From the human T2T-CHM13v2.0 reference genome, Homo sapiens: a stretch of DNA of 64,000 bases. Positions 13,016 through 25,985 of the stretch are shown here, in pieces; the stretch's first letter is position 1; every line of letters begins with the position of its first letter. The stretch is from the NCBI RefSeq assembly GCF_009914755.1, contig NC_060927.1. One strand, written 5' to 3'. Under the pieces are notes generated by a model. It had not been told where the DNA came from and made no database searches. It saw nothing but the letters and a program-made list of their open reading frames with translations. A program made the position numbers and the translations under genes.

Positions 13016-14859
13016 CTCAAAGTGTGAGCTGGAGCTGCTGCTGTGTGTCATTGGGCACATTAGGAAAATGTGTCTCTGCCTTTATTTGCAGGAAGCCCTG
13101 TGCCAAGATGGATGGCTTGGCATACAGAGGAGGTGTGGGACTTCAGCCTTAACCCCCTTTTAGCTGACACCCTTGTCCAGGGGTGGCCAGCCATTGAGCC
13201 TGGGAGTTGAATCATCAAAAGCCCTGATTCTACAACAAATGTGTGCAAGAAAACTGAATGAGGATAAGGCCTGAGGCCCCATATTCTCCATTAAGAACTA
13301 GACTGGGTTCTCACATTGGTGATGTAAGCTTAGAGATTCCTACGAAGGTAATTCAATGCAATGTTTTTCAAACTAGGCTTTGAGGACCCTTTATATTGCA
13401 AAGAGGAATCTCAGAGGCTGGTATAAGGATGAGATAGGAGGTCAAGAACATATCTTTTTAATCGGACAGCTCAATCTTTATATTCAGCACGACATTGGAC
13501 TCTGGCATGAAATTGTGTTTAAAAAGTGACAGAGGCATGGGATCCTGAGGCTAGAGAAATGGATTGAAAGCAATTAGTCTGTGCTTCAGATCAAGGGCTC
13601 AAGTCAACGGGAATGTTGTGCATGTGAGTTATTCGTGTTTGGGGAAGGCTTGTCTGTCCTTATTGCTTCTATTGAATCAGGCACAGAGCAGGAGATTGTT
13701 CACTATTGCACTTGCTGGTCATAATAGTCAGCCCTAGGTTTCCAGGTGTTTCTAGGTGTTTCCAGATAGGAAAGAAGGGAGGTTTCTGGATGCCCCAAGT
13801 GTTTTATCCAGCCCAAGGTGGTCTTAGGATTTTGATTTTATGTAGCAGCTGGCCCCTCATCTGGTGTTCATCCAGTGGACCTCGTCATGAGTAAGAAGGA
13901 GGAGGGTGGGAGGGTCACACTAATACCATCCTCTGAATCAGGGATGGACTGACTCTACTGCTTGTTACTGCTGTGTGAGATGTACTGCCCATTCCAGCCA
14001 ATAAAAGTTAATCAACGTTAACTATCCCAATGGCTGGAAAGTGGCACTCCCTGCATATTTGCTTGTCTTCAGATGGCAAGTGTCCCAGAACAAATGGATT
14101 GCTGAAGGCAGTCAAAAGTAAAGGAAGGGTCCTGGGTCACTCCTGGGGTGATGAAGCTTCCCATGGAGCCAGCAGGGCAACTCAATTGGGCTCTGTTTTC
14201 ATAGACAATTGAATTGCACTCCCAGTTCTGAGCACCCAATCTAATTGCCTATGACATGTGACTGTCTTGAAAGAAGACCTAGGGTCTGGTAGGGTGACCT
14301 CCCTGCCCCTGCTGCCCCTGCTGAGCCTCAGGACATCCATCTTAGCCTTAATCATTTAGCCTATGAATAGTCTCTTGGGGAAAAGTCTGATGAGAGTCTG
14401 GGAGATGAAAGCTGACTTGTGGCTCAAGCCATGTGCCTCTGTACAGATTGTCCTGTGCTGAAGCCATCTTGGAGCTTAACCCAGGTGTATCCAGTGCTAT
14501 CTGATTTGCACCTGAGAAAAATCACAATAATGTCTTACTTATTTAATGATTGCTCAGGTGTCTATGACACCTTTAGACTTATTTTCTTATGAAATCTTGA
14601 ATATGGAGAAGCTTATTTTGCATAGTTTGAGGTTATCGTAGGCCAGGACAAAAACATAGAAAAGGGAGAAAAAGAAGGGAAGAAGAAGGCAATGAGTCAG
14701 CGGACATGACTTTGTGACCCCTAAGTATATGTTTCCTGGTCTCTACTATAAATAATAATAATAATATTAGTAAACTAATGTCACAACTATTATTTATTGA
14801 GTGTTTACTGTTAAGATATTTTGCAGGATGCTTTAAAAACATTCTCTTGATTAATCTCA

Positions 14860-15170
14860 TTTATTCATTCAACAAGCTTTGAATCTATCACATTCTGACT
14901 ACTATGCTAGAGTCTGGGTTTAATAGTGTGTAACAATAGCCACAGTTCTACCTTCATGAAGGTCACACTCCTGTGAGGGAAAATGATGATCAAATGATTC
15001 CTAAAAAAAACAAGTAAAATTGCAAATAATGAAAAATTTCTTAAAAGGGGGGACAAGATAGAAGTGGTACCTCAAGAGGGGATTTCACCCAATCATGAGA
15101 TTTTAGAAAGTTTCCCCAAGGAGTATAATTGAGCTGGGATTCAAATGATGAAATGGACGATAACTAGAGA
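14860..15170 (-). mobile_element. L2 3' region, preceded by a short MIR fragment at ~14785-14860
   Basis: ttattcattcaacaa..., ctaccttcatgaaggtcacactcc, gagctgggattcaaatgatg. Confidence 0.65.
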
Positions 15171-16180
15171 AGATGGTAAGCACTTACTGGTTTGTGAACA
15201 CACGGCTTAGTAAGCAACAGCTGGGTAGATACAGAGGTACTGAAAGAGGCATGGGGTGAGACACACTGAATATGCTGAGGATTCAGAAGAGGGGGCATCC
15301 TCTTCCAGATGGAAGGACTAGGGAGTTCTCTTGCTGAAGGAGGCATTGAAAAGGGCCTTGATTGCAGTAAGAGGGAGGGTCTGCCCTTGCTTGAAGCTGA
15401 GGTCTGGCCCTGGACGCTACAGTGTGTTGGTGGGTGAGAAAGTCTATGTGGTGACTTCAGGGGGCTGTAAGAACACTGAGTTTCTGAGCACGGCAGATGT
15501 GGCTGTCCATCACCGATAGCAAGGATACCAGAGCAGTCGGTGCCTACTTGGCAGTCTTGGCACATGTCACCCGAAGACATCTGTCTGCTTCTGTTCCCAT
15601 CCCAAATGTCACTCTGCTCGAGGTGGCCTTACCTTCTGCCAGGGAACACTGAGGAGGGAGCAGGGGCCAGCTTCCCTTTGACTTCAGCCTAGAACACTGT
15701 CCATATTAATTTAATTAGCATTTGTGTAATCATAACTTTATAATTTCCAAGTCTAATTTATTTTAATTTTATGTATGCTGATTTAATGATCAAAGGATTT
15801 GTTGATACTTTTGTTTTCATTCAAAACATGATGTATTTATCATCCATTTAAACCTATAATTCCCACCCCTCTCCAAAAAGACCTCCTTGGAGTGTAAAGA
15901 GATGTGGCAGATTGGGATGGTTCATCTCATTTATAATTTCCCTGATAGGCTTTTCTTTTGTTTTGTTTGTAAGTTATCAAAGAGAATCCATTGTCATCAG
16001 GGCAGTTGTAAAAATGGATGAGTTTGCTGTGAGCTTTTCTACCTCACTCAGTTTTGAAGTGAGTTTCAGAATAGATTTCAGATATTAAGGTTTTAGGCTC
16101 CTAATGTAGTCAGAGACATGGAAGCAGGATAATGTCATTATTAAGAGCACAGTCTTTGAAATCAAGCAGCCCAAGTTTAA

Positions 16181-16436
16181 CAATGGAGACAGGGAATGGT
16201 GGAAAGGTGGGTGGGTGGGAGGAGGGCGAGGGATAAAAAGTTATTTAATGGATACAAGGCACATTATTTGGGTGATGGTTACACTAAATCCCAGACTTCA
16301 CCACTAGGCAATATATCCATGTAACAAAACTGCACTTGGACTCCTTAACCCATTTCCCATTTACAAAGCGTAGCTCACATCAGTGCACTTTTCTCCGGGC
16401 AAACAATAAATGGATTAAATTTATACAAATATATAT
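16181..16436 (+). mobile_element. L1MA/L1PB-type 3' end (5'-truncated)
   Basis: gggtgatggttacactaaatcccagacttcaccact...atatccatgtaacaaaactgcacttg is the L1PB4/L1MA1-3 3' UTR signature. Confidence 0.88.
16349..16414. mobile_element. MER75A-like piggyBac MITE inserted in the L1 3' UTR
   Basis: 66-bp element cccatttcccattt...gggcaaacaataaatgga flanked on both sides by TTAA (16345-16348, 16415-16418), the piggyBac target site. Confidence 0.8.
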
Positions 16437-16629
16437 TTGTTCCTTAATTGTACGACCTTCGGCAGGTTAAAGAATCTCAGTGAATCCTGTTTTTTTTTTT
16501 TTCACCCATTGTTTTCTTCATCCATAGAATGTGGACAATCATGGGACCTAACTGACTTGTTTGGCATTTGCCGATGCATTTGTTATGCCTTGAATGCTCT
16601 AGGGAAAGAAATAAAATAGAGGTAAATAA

Positions 16630-17030
16630 AGATTCAGTCAACATTCACTCAACATTAATGAGCGGCTACTGTCTTTCTATTCAGTTTTATACATCCTTAC
16701 TTTGCAGTAAATTTGTGGCAGGCATGAAACCAGATGCAAGAGATACTACAAATAAGTAGGACACACACATTGCTCTCACTCTCAGTCCAGAGGGAAGACC
16801 AATACACACACACGTAGTAGCCACACGATGAGCCAAGTGCAGTGATGGAGTCCAAGGTTTGCACTGTGTCCTAAAGGAGTTCAAGGAAGCTGTAACACTG
16901 AGTGGGATGAGGCATTGAGGAAGGCTTTGGGGTAGCATTTACCCCAAAATGCTAGAGAGTAGGAATTGCTATTCCATATAGAACAGAGAGCAAGTGCAAA
17001 GATTAGCTCAGCACTGGTGTGCTTCTGGAA
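16630..17030 (-). mobile_element. L2 fragment
   Basis: cattcactcaacattaatgagc..., cagtccagagggaagac, agcaagtgcaaag. Confidence 0.55.
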
Positions 17031-17919
17031 AGGAAAGTGCTCAGAAACCTTCGGCCTCCCAGATCCTTAGCAACTGCCAAAGGGCAGACTGTGCCAAATC
17101 TGCCTATTGGAGGTGTTTGCTCTTGGCTTAGAGAGTTGGTTCAAGATTCCCCATGACAATAGATGTCACACTCAATTCCTAAAGTCCTTGTCCTTATTGA
17201 TTTCCCATCCATCCAGAGGCAAGTATACTCATAGAGATTTACAGTGAACAATAGTGACAGCCTGGGGAAGCTTCCCACAGGAGCTGGACCATTTCCAAAA
17301 TGTCGCTTGTTCCTTCCTTCACAAGATGGTTTTTTTGAGACATCTTGGACTAGTCTCTAAGAGTCTCATATCAGTCAGGGTATGAGCAGTTTATATTAGG
17401 TAAATTAAAATATTTTGATTCTCTGCATGATTTTAACAATTACCTATGTTTTTCTTGATAATCAGTGTATATTTATTAGCAGGTTCAGTCACATCATAGA
17501 ATTCCAGCCTTGACCAGGGACCCAGAGAAGTACAAGTGGACTGTTCCTTCCTGCACTGCGTGCACTATTCTTCCTCTCTCAGGTGCTTCTTCACCCAACT
17601 CTTCCATCCCCAGTGCTTTCCTTGCCATGCTATACGGTCATCCTTTTGATAATGCCAGGATCAAGAGATTGCCAACAAATTCTAAAGAATGACAACATAA
17701 AGTATTGTTAGCGATATGGGGTAACATGTACCCTCCTATAATGCCAATGGAAGTAAAATTGGTAAAACCCCAGGGGGAATGATTTAGCTGTATGTATCAA
17801 ATGCCATAATCTGTAATTCCATGTGACAAGGTAGTACCACTTCTAGGAGTGTCTCTTAAATAAAACTTTAGCTGCAAGATTTAAACTTTATCTTAATTTT
17901 AACTTAAGTATTTATCTTA

Positions 17920-18207
17920 GGCAGGGTGTGGTGTCTCACACCAGTAATCTCAGCACTTTGGGAGGCTGAGGCAGGTAGATCACTTGAGCTCAGGAGTTTG
18001 AGACCAGCTTGGGCAACATGGTGAAAGCCCATCTCTACAAAATAATATACAAATTATCCAGGTGTGGTGGCATGCACCTGTAGTCCTAGCTGCTTACAGG
18101 GGCTGAGGTGGCAGGATTGTTTGAACCTGGGAGGTCAAGGCTGCAGTGAGCCAAGATCACACCACTGCACTCCAGCCTGGGCAACAGAGCAAGACCCTGT
18201 GTCAAAA

Positions 18208-18270
<63 letters not shown>
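17920..18270 (+). mobile_element. AluJb with GATA-microsatellite tail
   Basis: gatcacttgagctcaggagtttgagaccagcttgggcaacatggtgaaa; ggaggtcaaggctgcagtgagccaag. Confidence 0.95.
18211..18270. repeat. (GATA)12 AATA (GATA)2 tetranucleotide STR
   Basis: Counted directly. Confidence 0.97.
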
Positions 18271-19459
18271 ATTTAAAGATTTGCATATCTATTTAACTAC
18301 AGATAGGATCTGGCCTCATTGATTATAATAAAAAAATTAAAGAAGAGGCTCCCATCTGTTAGCATGGATTATAAATTATGATATAGCAAAAAGGAAAATA
18401 CTGGCCTATATTACTGAATAATTTTTTCATTACATTGAAAAAAAGTGCATGTCATACTGGTAAGTAACAAAAGCAGGTAATAAAACTCTATGCCAAATGT
18501 GATATTATTCCAATTTTTAAAAAAGAAATAGAACTTTCTTACTCTTTATAATAGATTTAGATAAAATATATAGAAGATATGTTAGTACTTTTTTCTTTCT
18601 TCTCTATGATTTTTGAGATGTCTTTTTTGACAAGCAAATATAAATTTTAATACCAGAAGAAAATAAGATGATTTCCTCTGAAAAAAAGTGCGTGCTCACC
18701 TCTGGTCAAATTTGGCATTGCTCTTCCTGAGTGCTCTAGAAACCATCTTTATCATTACTTGTTGTCAGCACAGAGTCGGGACTTCAGATACATCTTCAGA
18801 ATTCTAAGTGGATGGCCTCCTCTGGGGAGTGACCAGGCTTTTCCCCAGGAAATGTGGAAATAATTCCCTTCTCTCTACTATTGGGGAGGCAGGTACTTAG
18901 TAGACCCTTGAGAAACTGGACTTGGGAGCTAGGAGTAATGGTTTTTATTCCTCCATTTGTTCTAGGCATATTTTTCAAGTCTAAAAGATGACCTTATATT
19001 CTGATCATTCGACATCAATTTTTAACATATGCATATATTGTCTGATAACTGGCATGTGGCTTCTTGAGATTTAAATAAATTATTGTTCTGCTATAATTCC
19101 TTTGCAGTTGCCCAAATCTAGATTTTAATATCTTCAACACGCAGGTAGAATGAGAAAATCTCTTTAAAGAGGCAGCCACTGCTTCTTCCTGCTGCAATTC
19201 ATTTTGTAGCCCAGAGCTTAATCTAATCTTCCTTCCACATGATCCATTGAACTTTCAAAACTTCAGATCTGAATTAGAAAAGGAATTATAAGAACAGTCA
19301 TATGTTCAGCTCTTATTAGGCTTTGTTGTAATCTCTTTATGCTGGAAGAAAGAAGAGGCAAGGCTTTTCTTATGTAGCTGTTGTTCCTCTGTAATATCCT
19401 CTCTTGTGGGTTCATAATTAAGGCAAAAACATGCATTAATAAGCATTTTTCTACCAATT

Positions 19460-19590
19460 TATAACTCACCAGGTGCTTTTGCACTCATTACCTCATCTGA
19501 TCCTTATAATCACTGTGAGTATGATATCATCATTACTGCCTTTCTATAGTCAAAGAAATTAAAGCAGAGAAAGGTTATCTGCTCAAGTAT
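19460..19590 (-). mobile_element. MIR fragment
   Basis: cattacctcatctgatccttataatcactgtgag...gaaattaaagcagagaaaggtta. Confidence 0.65.
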
Positions 19591-20100
19591 AGTAACAGGG
19601 TTCATTTGGTTGCAAAGCCAGAAGCACAAATCCAACTACATTAAGGAAAAATGGGAATTTATTAACTTGTATAACTATAATGTCCAATGATAGTACCAAC
19701 TTCAGGCACAGATGGATCCAGGTGCTCCAATGATATTGTCACACTCACCACTACCTCTGGACTCTGGTCTGTGTTGGCTTTTTCCCTAGTAGATTCTTCC
19801 CAAATAGTGTCTAGATGGCCCCTATAGCTCCAGGCTATGTCCTACCGGTTTAACAACCCCAAAAGAAAAACATCTTCTATTTCCCAATTATTTTACCCAA
19901 ATTCCCAAGACTGGCCATTAGTTGGTCCTGTCTGCTTCTTTTGCCCACTGCGCCTGTCACTAGGGAATGGAATGTTCTGATTAGCAGGCTTTGGGATAGA
20001 GTGAGGTCAGCCCTACCACATGATCTGAACTGAGAGTAGGGGAATGGGGTTATTTAAAGTGAAACATGGTGCTGTTTGCAGAAGGAAACACAAACAGGAG
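19590..20100 (-). mobile_element. MaLR LTR, MLT1J/K type
   Basis: tttggttgcaa..., gggaatttatt, cttcaggcacagatggatccaggtgctc. Confidence 0.78.
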
Positions 20101-21169
20101 ACAGATGGGAGTGCCAGCTCTCTGCTGTACCAAGTCAGGTGGCTAATAAGCAGGAGGCAAGGCGGCAACCCATTTGCTGATGCTCCCCATGGAATGCTGG
20201 AATATGACATCCAAACTCTAGGAGTCTTTGCAGGAAATCCGAAGAAAGACTAGAAACCACAGGTTCCGCAGAGATTCTCAAACCATGCTCTCTGATCCCC
20301 AACGCTTAGCGTTTTGACACTAGACTATTTGGATTAAACATTACCCTCAGGATTAATATATACATATACACACATATATATAATGACTTATTTACATGAT
20401 CACTTTCCAAATACATATGTATAGCTATGATTAGTAAAATATAAATTCATTTTGAAACATCACTAAATTCACAGTGATTTTTGGTCCTTATGTACATGTT
20501 TAATATGTATTAAAAGGTTATTATGCTCTGTGCAGTGTTTTCAGAAAGTTTTCCACATTAAAAGGGTGTTCTTAAACACAAATTACTTAGGAAGTCTTGG
20601 AATATTGAAAGACCTCCAGGACAAGGGTTCGAAGCCCATCTCTGCCACGACTTCTAGTGACCAAATCTTTCTTGGACTTCAGTTTCCTGACCTGTGCTAT
20701 GTGGATAGACTGTCGTGCCCACAAAGCTTGTAGTGAGGTTCATGTGTGGGAATGTCATTGGAACTCTTAAGAAATATATTTTTAAACTTATAAAATATCA
20801 TTGATATTTTATTTTTTCTTTACTCTGGGCTCAAGGACGTTGCTCTTAATGTGTTCTATAAACCACTAATGGCCCATGATGCAAAATGTGCTTGTCTATT
20901 TCTAATATAATTGTGCAGATCAATGAAGGTCTGTCCTTCTCTACGATGAGCAGCAGGCTTATAGATTTTTTTTAAAGATATCCTTCTTCAAGGGTATATA
21001 TTCCAGAAAGCATATTTTTATCTTTCTTATGCCTCAAATACACTAGAGACTGTAGAAAATACTCAACCATTCAAAATTTGTTTAATTTTCTACTGAAGTC
21101 TAACATAGAGAAAAGTACATGTATTCAAAATACACTTTAGATAAATCTTTTAAAACTTAACATACTGGT

Positions 21170-21465
21170 GGCCAGGCGCAGTGGCTCATGCCTGTAATCC
21201 CAGCACTTTGGGAGGCTGAGGCGAGCGGATCACGAGGTCAGGAGTTCAAGACCAGCCTGGGCAACAGGGTGAAACCCCGTCTCTACTAAAAATACAAAAA
21301 TTAGCTAGGTGTGGTGGTGTGTGCCTGTAATCCCAGCTACTCAGGAGGTGGAGGCAGGAGAATTCTTCGAACCCGGGAGGTGGAGGGTGTGGTGAGCCAA
21401 GATCACGCCACTGCATTCCAGCCTGGGCAACAGAGCAAGACTCCGTCTCAAAAAAAAAAAAACAA
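21170..21465 (+). mobile_element. AluSg-like, full length
   Basis: gcggatcacgaggtcaggagttc (2-bp deletion); perfect 18-bp TSD aaaacttaacatactggt at 21152-21169 and 21466-21483. Confidence 0.96.
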
Positions 21466-22195
21466 AAAACTTAACATACTGGTACAACCGCACCCAGATC
21501 AATAAAGAGAACATTAACAGTTCTCCATAAGCATACTTTAGGGCCCCTTTTCAGTTCCTACCCTCACCCAAAGACAACCATTACCCTGACCTCTAACAGC
21601 ATAATTATGTTTTACCTGTTTTTTAAAAAATACACATTAATGAACTCATCTTGTATCTGGTGTCTCTCTATATATATTGCATTTGAAAGATTCATCCATT
21701 TTGTTGTGTAGAGTGACAGATTATTCATTGTAATTTAGTATTCCAATGTATGTGTGTACGTATATATCACAATGTATTTATCCTATTCATGGGTATTCAT
21801 CTGGGGCTGTTCCAAATAGTGCTACTATTGACATTCTCTATAGGTCTTTGGGTGAACCCATGTGTGGAATTCTATTGAGTCCCAGAGAATAGAGGAGTTC
21901 AGCTTTAGTAGATACTGCTAAAAGTTTTCCAATGCAGTTGCACTGATTTACACTCCACCAGTAGTGTAAGAAAATTTCTTTCTCCATGGGCTTGCTGATA
22001 TATGGTATGTTCTGCCTTTTAAGTTTCAGCCCTTCTAGTGTATTTGTATTGTTTTAATTTACAATGTGCATTGCTTTAATTTGCATTTCCATGATAAAAA
22101 ATGAAGTTGCAGCAACTTTTCATATGTTTATTGGCTATTTGGACATCCTCTTTGGTAGGCACTTACCTGTTCAAGTAATTTGCTTATTTTTTTGA

Positions 22196-22612
<417 letters not shown>

Positions 22613-22649
22613 TAAATGTCTTCCAACAACCATGTAATTTTATCAATTT

Positions 22650-23035
22650 TCAATTCCTTGAACAGAGCATCTATTTAGCACCTTATCTTTAAAGGACCTT
22701 AACTATTAGATATACAATGATGAATAAAACAAACATGGCCCCTATCCACATGGCAGTTACCATTAGACAATAAACAAATATATACATAATTGAAAACTAC
22801 GGCCAATTACAAAAGTTCCATGAAGGATTCAAACAGAGTGGAAAGATTGAACAGACGGCATCTTTTCAGTTCCAAAGACTTGTCTGCCCTTTAATCTGAG
22901 ACCTGAAGGCCAAGAAAGATTCAATGCAAAAGGGAGGATGGATGCTTCAGGAAGATAGAATATCATGTGCTATTCCCCAAGGTGGGAAAACATTTTTTAT
23001 CCTCTAAAACTTGAAAGGAGGTGGTGTATTTAGAG
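22650..23035 (-). mobile_element. L2 fragment
   Basis: gatgaataaaacaaacatggcccct..., ctgagacctgaagg. Confidence 0.6.
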
Positions 23036-23264
23036 CAGGGGTTGGCAAACTTTTTCTGTAAAGGGCCAAATAAGAAATATTTTAAGCCTTGCAGGCCAGA
23101 TGGTCTCTGTTGCAGCCCAACTACTTAACTCCGCTGTCATAGCATGAAAGCAGCTATAGACAATATGTAAACAAATAGGCATGGCTGTGTTCCAGTAAAA
23201 CTTTATTTACAAAACAGGCTGTGGGCCAAATTTGGTCCATGTATCATAATTTGCCAATACCCAG
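23036..23264 (+). mobile_element. MER58A (hAT-Charlie MITE)
   Basis: caggggttggcaaactttttctgtaaagggcca...ggctgtgttccagtaaaactttatttac. Confidence 0.92.
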
Positions 23265-24206
23265 TCTGGATCATAGAGAATAATGTCAGCCTTCTGACTG
23301 AACCACCTCAATAGGCTCCCTTCCAGCTTCCACTCTTACTCCTCTGTATAGTTCCCAGAGCAAACGTTTTAAAGTCCTCACTAAGATAATGATGCCTTCT
23401 CTGATTAAAGTTTTCCAGAAGCTTCCTGTTGAACATAGACTAAAATCTAAAGCTGAGATGACTCAGGCTAGGTGATGCAAAATTTCTGAGCCATTGGGAA
23501 TAGCCTGGATTTCAGAGCGAGACAACGAACTTTCCTTTCTATCTTTATGCTTGAGACCTGGTGATGGCTGTGGGCAGGGAAGAAAAGGAGGGAATATGAG
23601 AATGGTCACCAGCTGCTCTTCAGCTAAAAATAATCTCTTCCTTTTCTGAAAACTCATACCTGCCTTACTTTGTGCACTTATCATCTACCCTCGGTTATAT
23701 ACTAATACACAAAACTCTCTACTTGCTCTTTTGTTTGATCTATCCTAGCATCCATGGTCTAGTAGCAGATGTGTGAGATTTGATGAATGGATAAATATTA
23801 ATTATACTCTACTGCTTGACTCATAGTAAATAGGTGAATAAGTTAATTAATAAATTAGATTTTAGAGAAGAAAGCACTACCAAAGAAGATTCTGGAGTTT
23901 TAGTTTAGGAATAGATGTGTCATAACCGGAAATTGGGGAAGTTAGTGGAAGGTCCTGATTTGTCAGGTCACAGACAGGATGAGTCTCTAGTATGGAGCAT
24001 CAGCAGTGCCCAGGAGATGGGTAAAATGAGTTCTGGAGCTTGGAGGAGAGAGCTGGGTTGGACCTAGAGATAATGAATAAGGGTAAAGAGTTAAAGGTAA
24101 AATGGATTAGATGCTTAGATAGAGAGATAAACATGGTCCAAGGACAAAAAGTATGTTGAGAGGAAGGACAGGAAAAATAGAAAGCTTTCTATGAATGGCA
24201 AAATTG

Positions 24207-24333
24207 TATTTTTAGTAGAGATGGGGTTTCACCATGTTGGCCAGGCTGGTCTTGAACTCCTGACCTCAGGTGATCCACCCACCTCGGCCTCCCAAAGTGC
24301 TGGGATTACAGGTGTGAGCCACTGTGCCCAGCT
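24207..24333 (-). mobile_element. AluS left monomer only, with TSD
   Basis: S-type left arm (ctcctgacctcaggtgatcc) ends in the middle A-rich linker and is flanked by gcaaaattg at 24198-24206 and 24334-24342. Confidence 0.92.
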
Positions 24334-24579
24334 GCAAAATTGAATACGTACAAGATTTCTAGATTTCCAAATAATAACATTACTCAATAGGAATGAAGGT
24401 CTGAAGAGCCCTCAAGGTCAATGCTATAGTTATGCATTGACTTTGGTATAAAGTTGTAATAGGGAGAAGGCATTAATCTAGACTCCTAGCAAGATATTTA
24501 TTTTTTTAAATTGAAAATTAACCATCTCTTTTTCTCGCAATGTTATATTCTGAAAGAGCAAAAAATAACATATCCTTAA

Positions 24580-24810
24580 AAAACTAGATTTGGAATCAGA
24601 TACAGCTTGGGTTCAAGTGCTGACCCTACCACTCACCAGCTATTTGACCTTGGGCAACTATCTTAACTGCTGTAAGTTTCAGTTTCTATATCCTTAAAGT
24701 GAAATGATAATAGTACTTTCTTCAGAAAATGGTTGTAAGGACTAAATTAGATGATGTATATAAAAGACCCTGTCACCTGCAGGACACAAAGAAATAGATG
24801 TTAGCAATTA
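24580..24810 (+). mobile_element. MIR
   Basis: tttggaatcaga...gggttcaagt...tgaccttgggcaacta...gtttcagtttct. Confidence 0.88.
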
Positions 24811-24909
24811 TGACTTTAAAAACATCTTCATCATCATGGCAGTGAGCTCTGTCTCTGGAAGTTCTTGATTACAGCAGACAAAACAGCATAAAGGTGTGTG
24901 CTATGCATT

Positions 24910-25090
24910 GAGCTGGGTAGCCTGGGCACTTAATCTAATCTCTCAATTTACCCACATGCAGATGGGGGAAATAATAGCACTTCCTTCCCTAGAATTAAAG
25001 AGTTAACACATTCAAGACTTTTAACATAGTGCTTCTCACACAAATAAGTTACCAATAAATATCATTTTGTAATTTCATCATTATCATTAT
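24910..25090 (+). mobile_element. MIR fragment
   Basis: agctgggtagcctgggcacttaatct...aataatagcacttcct. Confidence 0.6.
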
Positions 25091-25849
25091 TACTCTCATC
25101 GGGTATGTAGTGATTTTAAAGCAAGACATAATGCAAATTGTATTTAGTTTCTACTTGAGGTCACCTTGGAAATATATCAAAAGGATAATCATAAAATTCA
25201 GTATCCCAAGGTCAACAAATTTGCTTCTCATATCTGTTCTTAGAAGTCCATATTCTGTCCAAATCAAGGTAGCATTTGTAGGAAATGGTAGTGGATCTTT
25301 TGCCCCATGAAGGAGCTCCCTTGTCTCTGCCTCAGTTATCATCTCCTCCAACTGTGAAACCCGTTCTTATTCTCTTGCTCTCATCTCCTCCCCTCTCCTC
25401 CACCTCCAGCCTCATTCAGTGGAGAGAGCTGCCTTAGACTCTGTGGAAAGATTTGGACAATGACCCACAGGGCGAATGACCCACATAAAAAGCAGCAGGG
25501 AGCTTGCAGGGCATCAGAGGAGCAGAGCAGGACTCAAAGGCCCAGATGTAACACTGATTATTGAGGGGGCCACAGAAATGAGCCCCCAGCATTGACAGCA
25601 TTATTATAAAAAATATATGTATCCTGGAGTGGGGAGGGCTTGAAAAAGATGATCTTAACAGAGGTGTAGACGAAGAATAGCAGAGGAGCAACCTGGAAAG
25701 ATGTCATGAAAGAGAAATTCTCACATTCTGCCTGGGAGTGAACTGTGAAGCCAGTTCAGTAAATTGTACCACTGAGCCATCTCGACTGCAATGGCAAAGC
25801 TCACTAACAGCCCGGGCTCCCATCTGCCTCTGCTGCTTTCTGGCTGTGA

Positions 25850-25985
25850 GGCTTCTCTGTGCCTCAGTTTTCTCACATGCAAAATGGAAATCATAATAGG
25901 ACCTGTGTCCTAGGATTATTAGTGGACTACATATATGTAAAGCACGTAGCAGAGAGCCTGGCACATGTGTTTGCTATCACTGTCA
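25850..25985 (+). mobile_element. MIR
   Basis: ctctgtgcctcagttttctcacatgcaaaatgg...agcctggcacat. Confidence 0.8.

Larger units (their letters stand above)
16135..16610 (+). mobile_element. MIR split by an L1 insertion (pieces ~16135-16180 and ~16440-16610)
   Basis: The 5' piece ttaagagcacagtctttgaaatca resumes as tgtacgaccttcggcaggtta...ttcttcatccatagaatg. Confidence 0.65.
17710..18660 (+). mobile_element. Old L1 (L1ME-like) fragments flanking the AluJb
   Basis: ggaagtaaaattggta..., ccacttctaggagt, ataaattatgatatag. Confidence 0.5.

Noticed and set aside
15164-15580. Longest ORF in the track (138 aa, minus strand)
   Set aside because: Ser/Pro-rich with no recognisable domain or exon context; this length is expected by chance in 64 kb.
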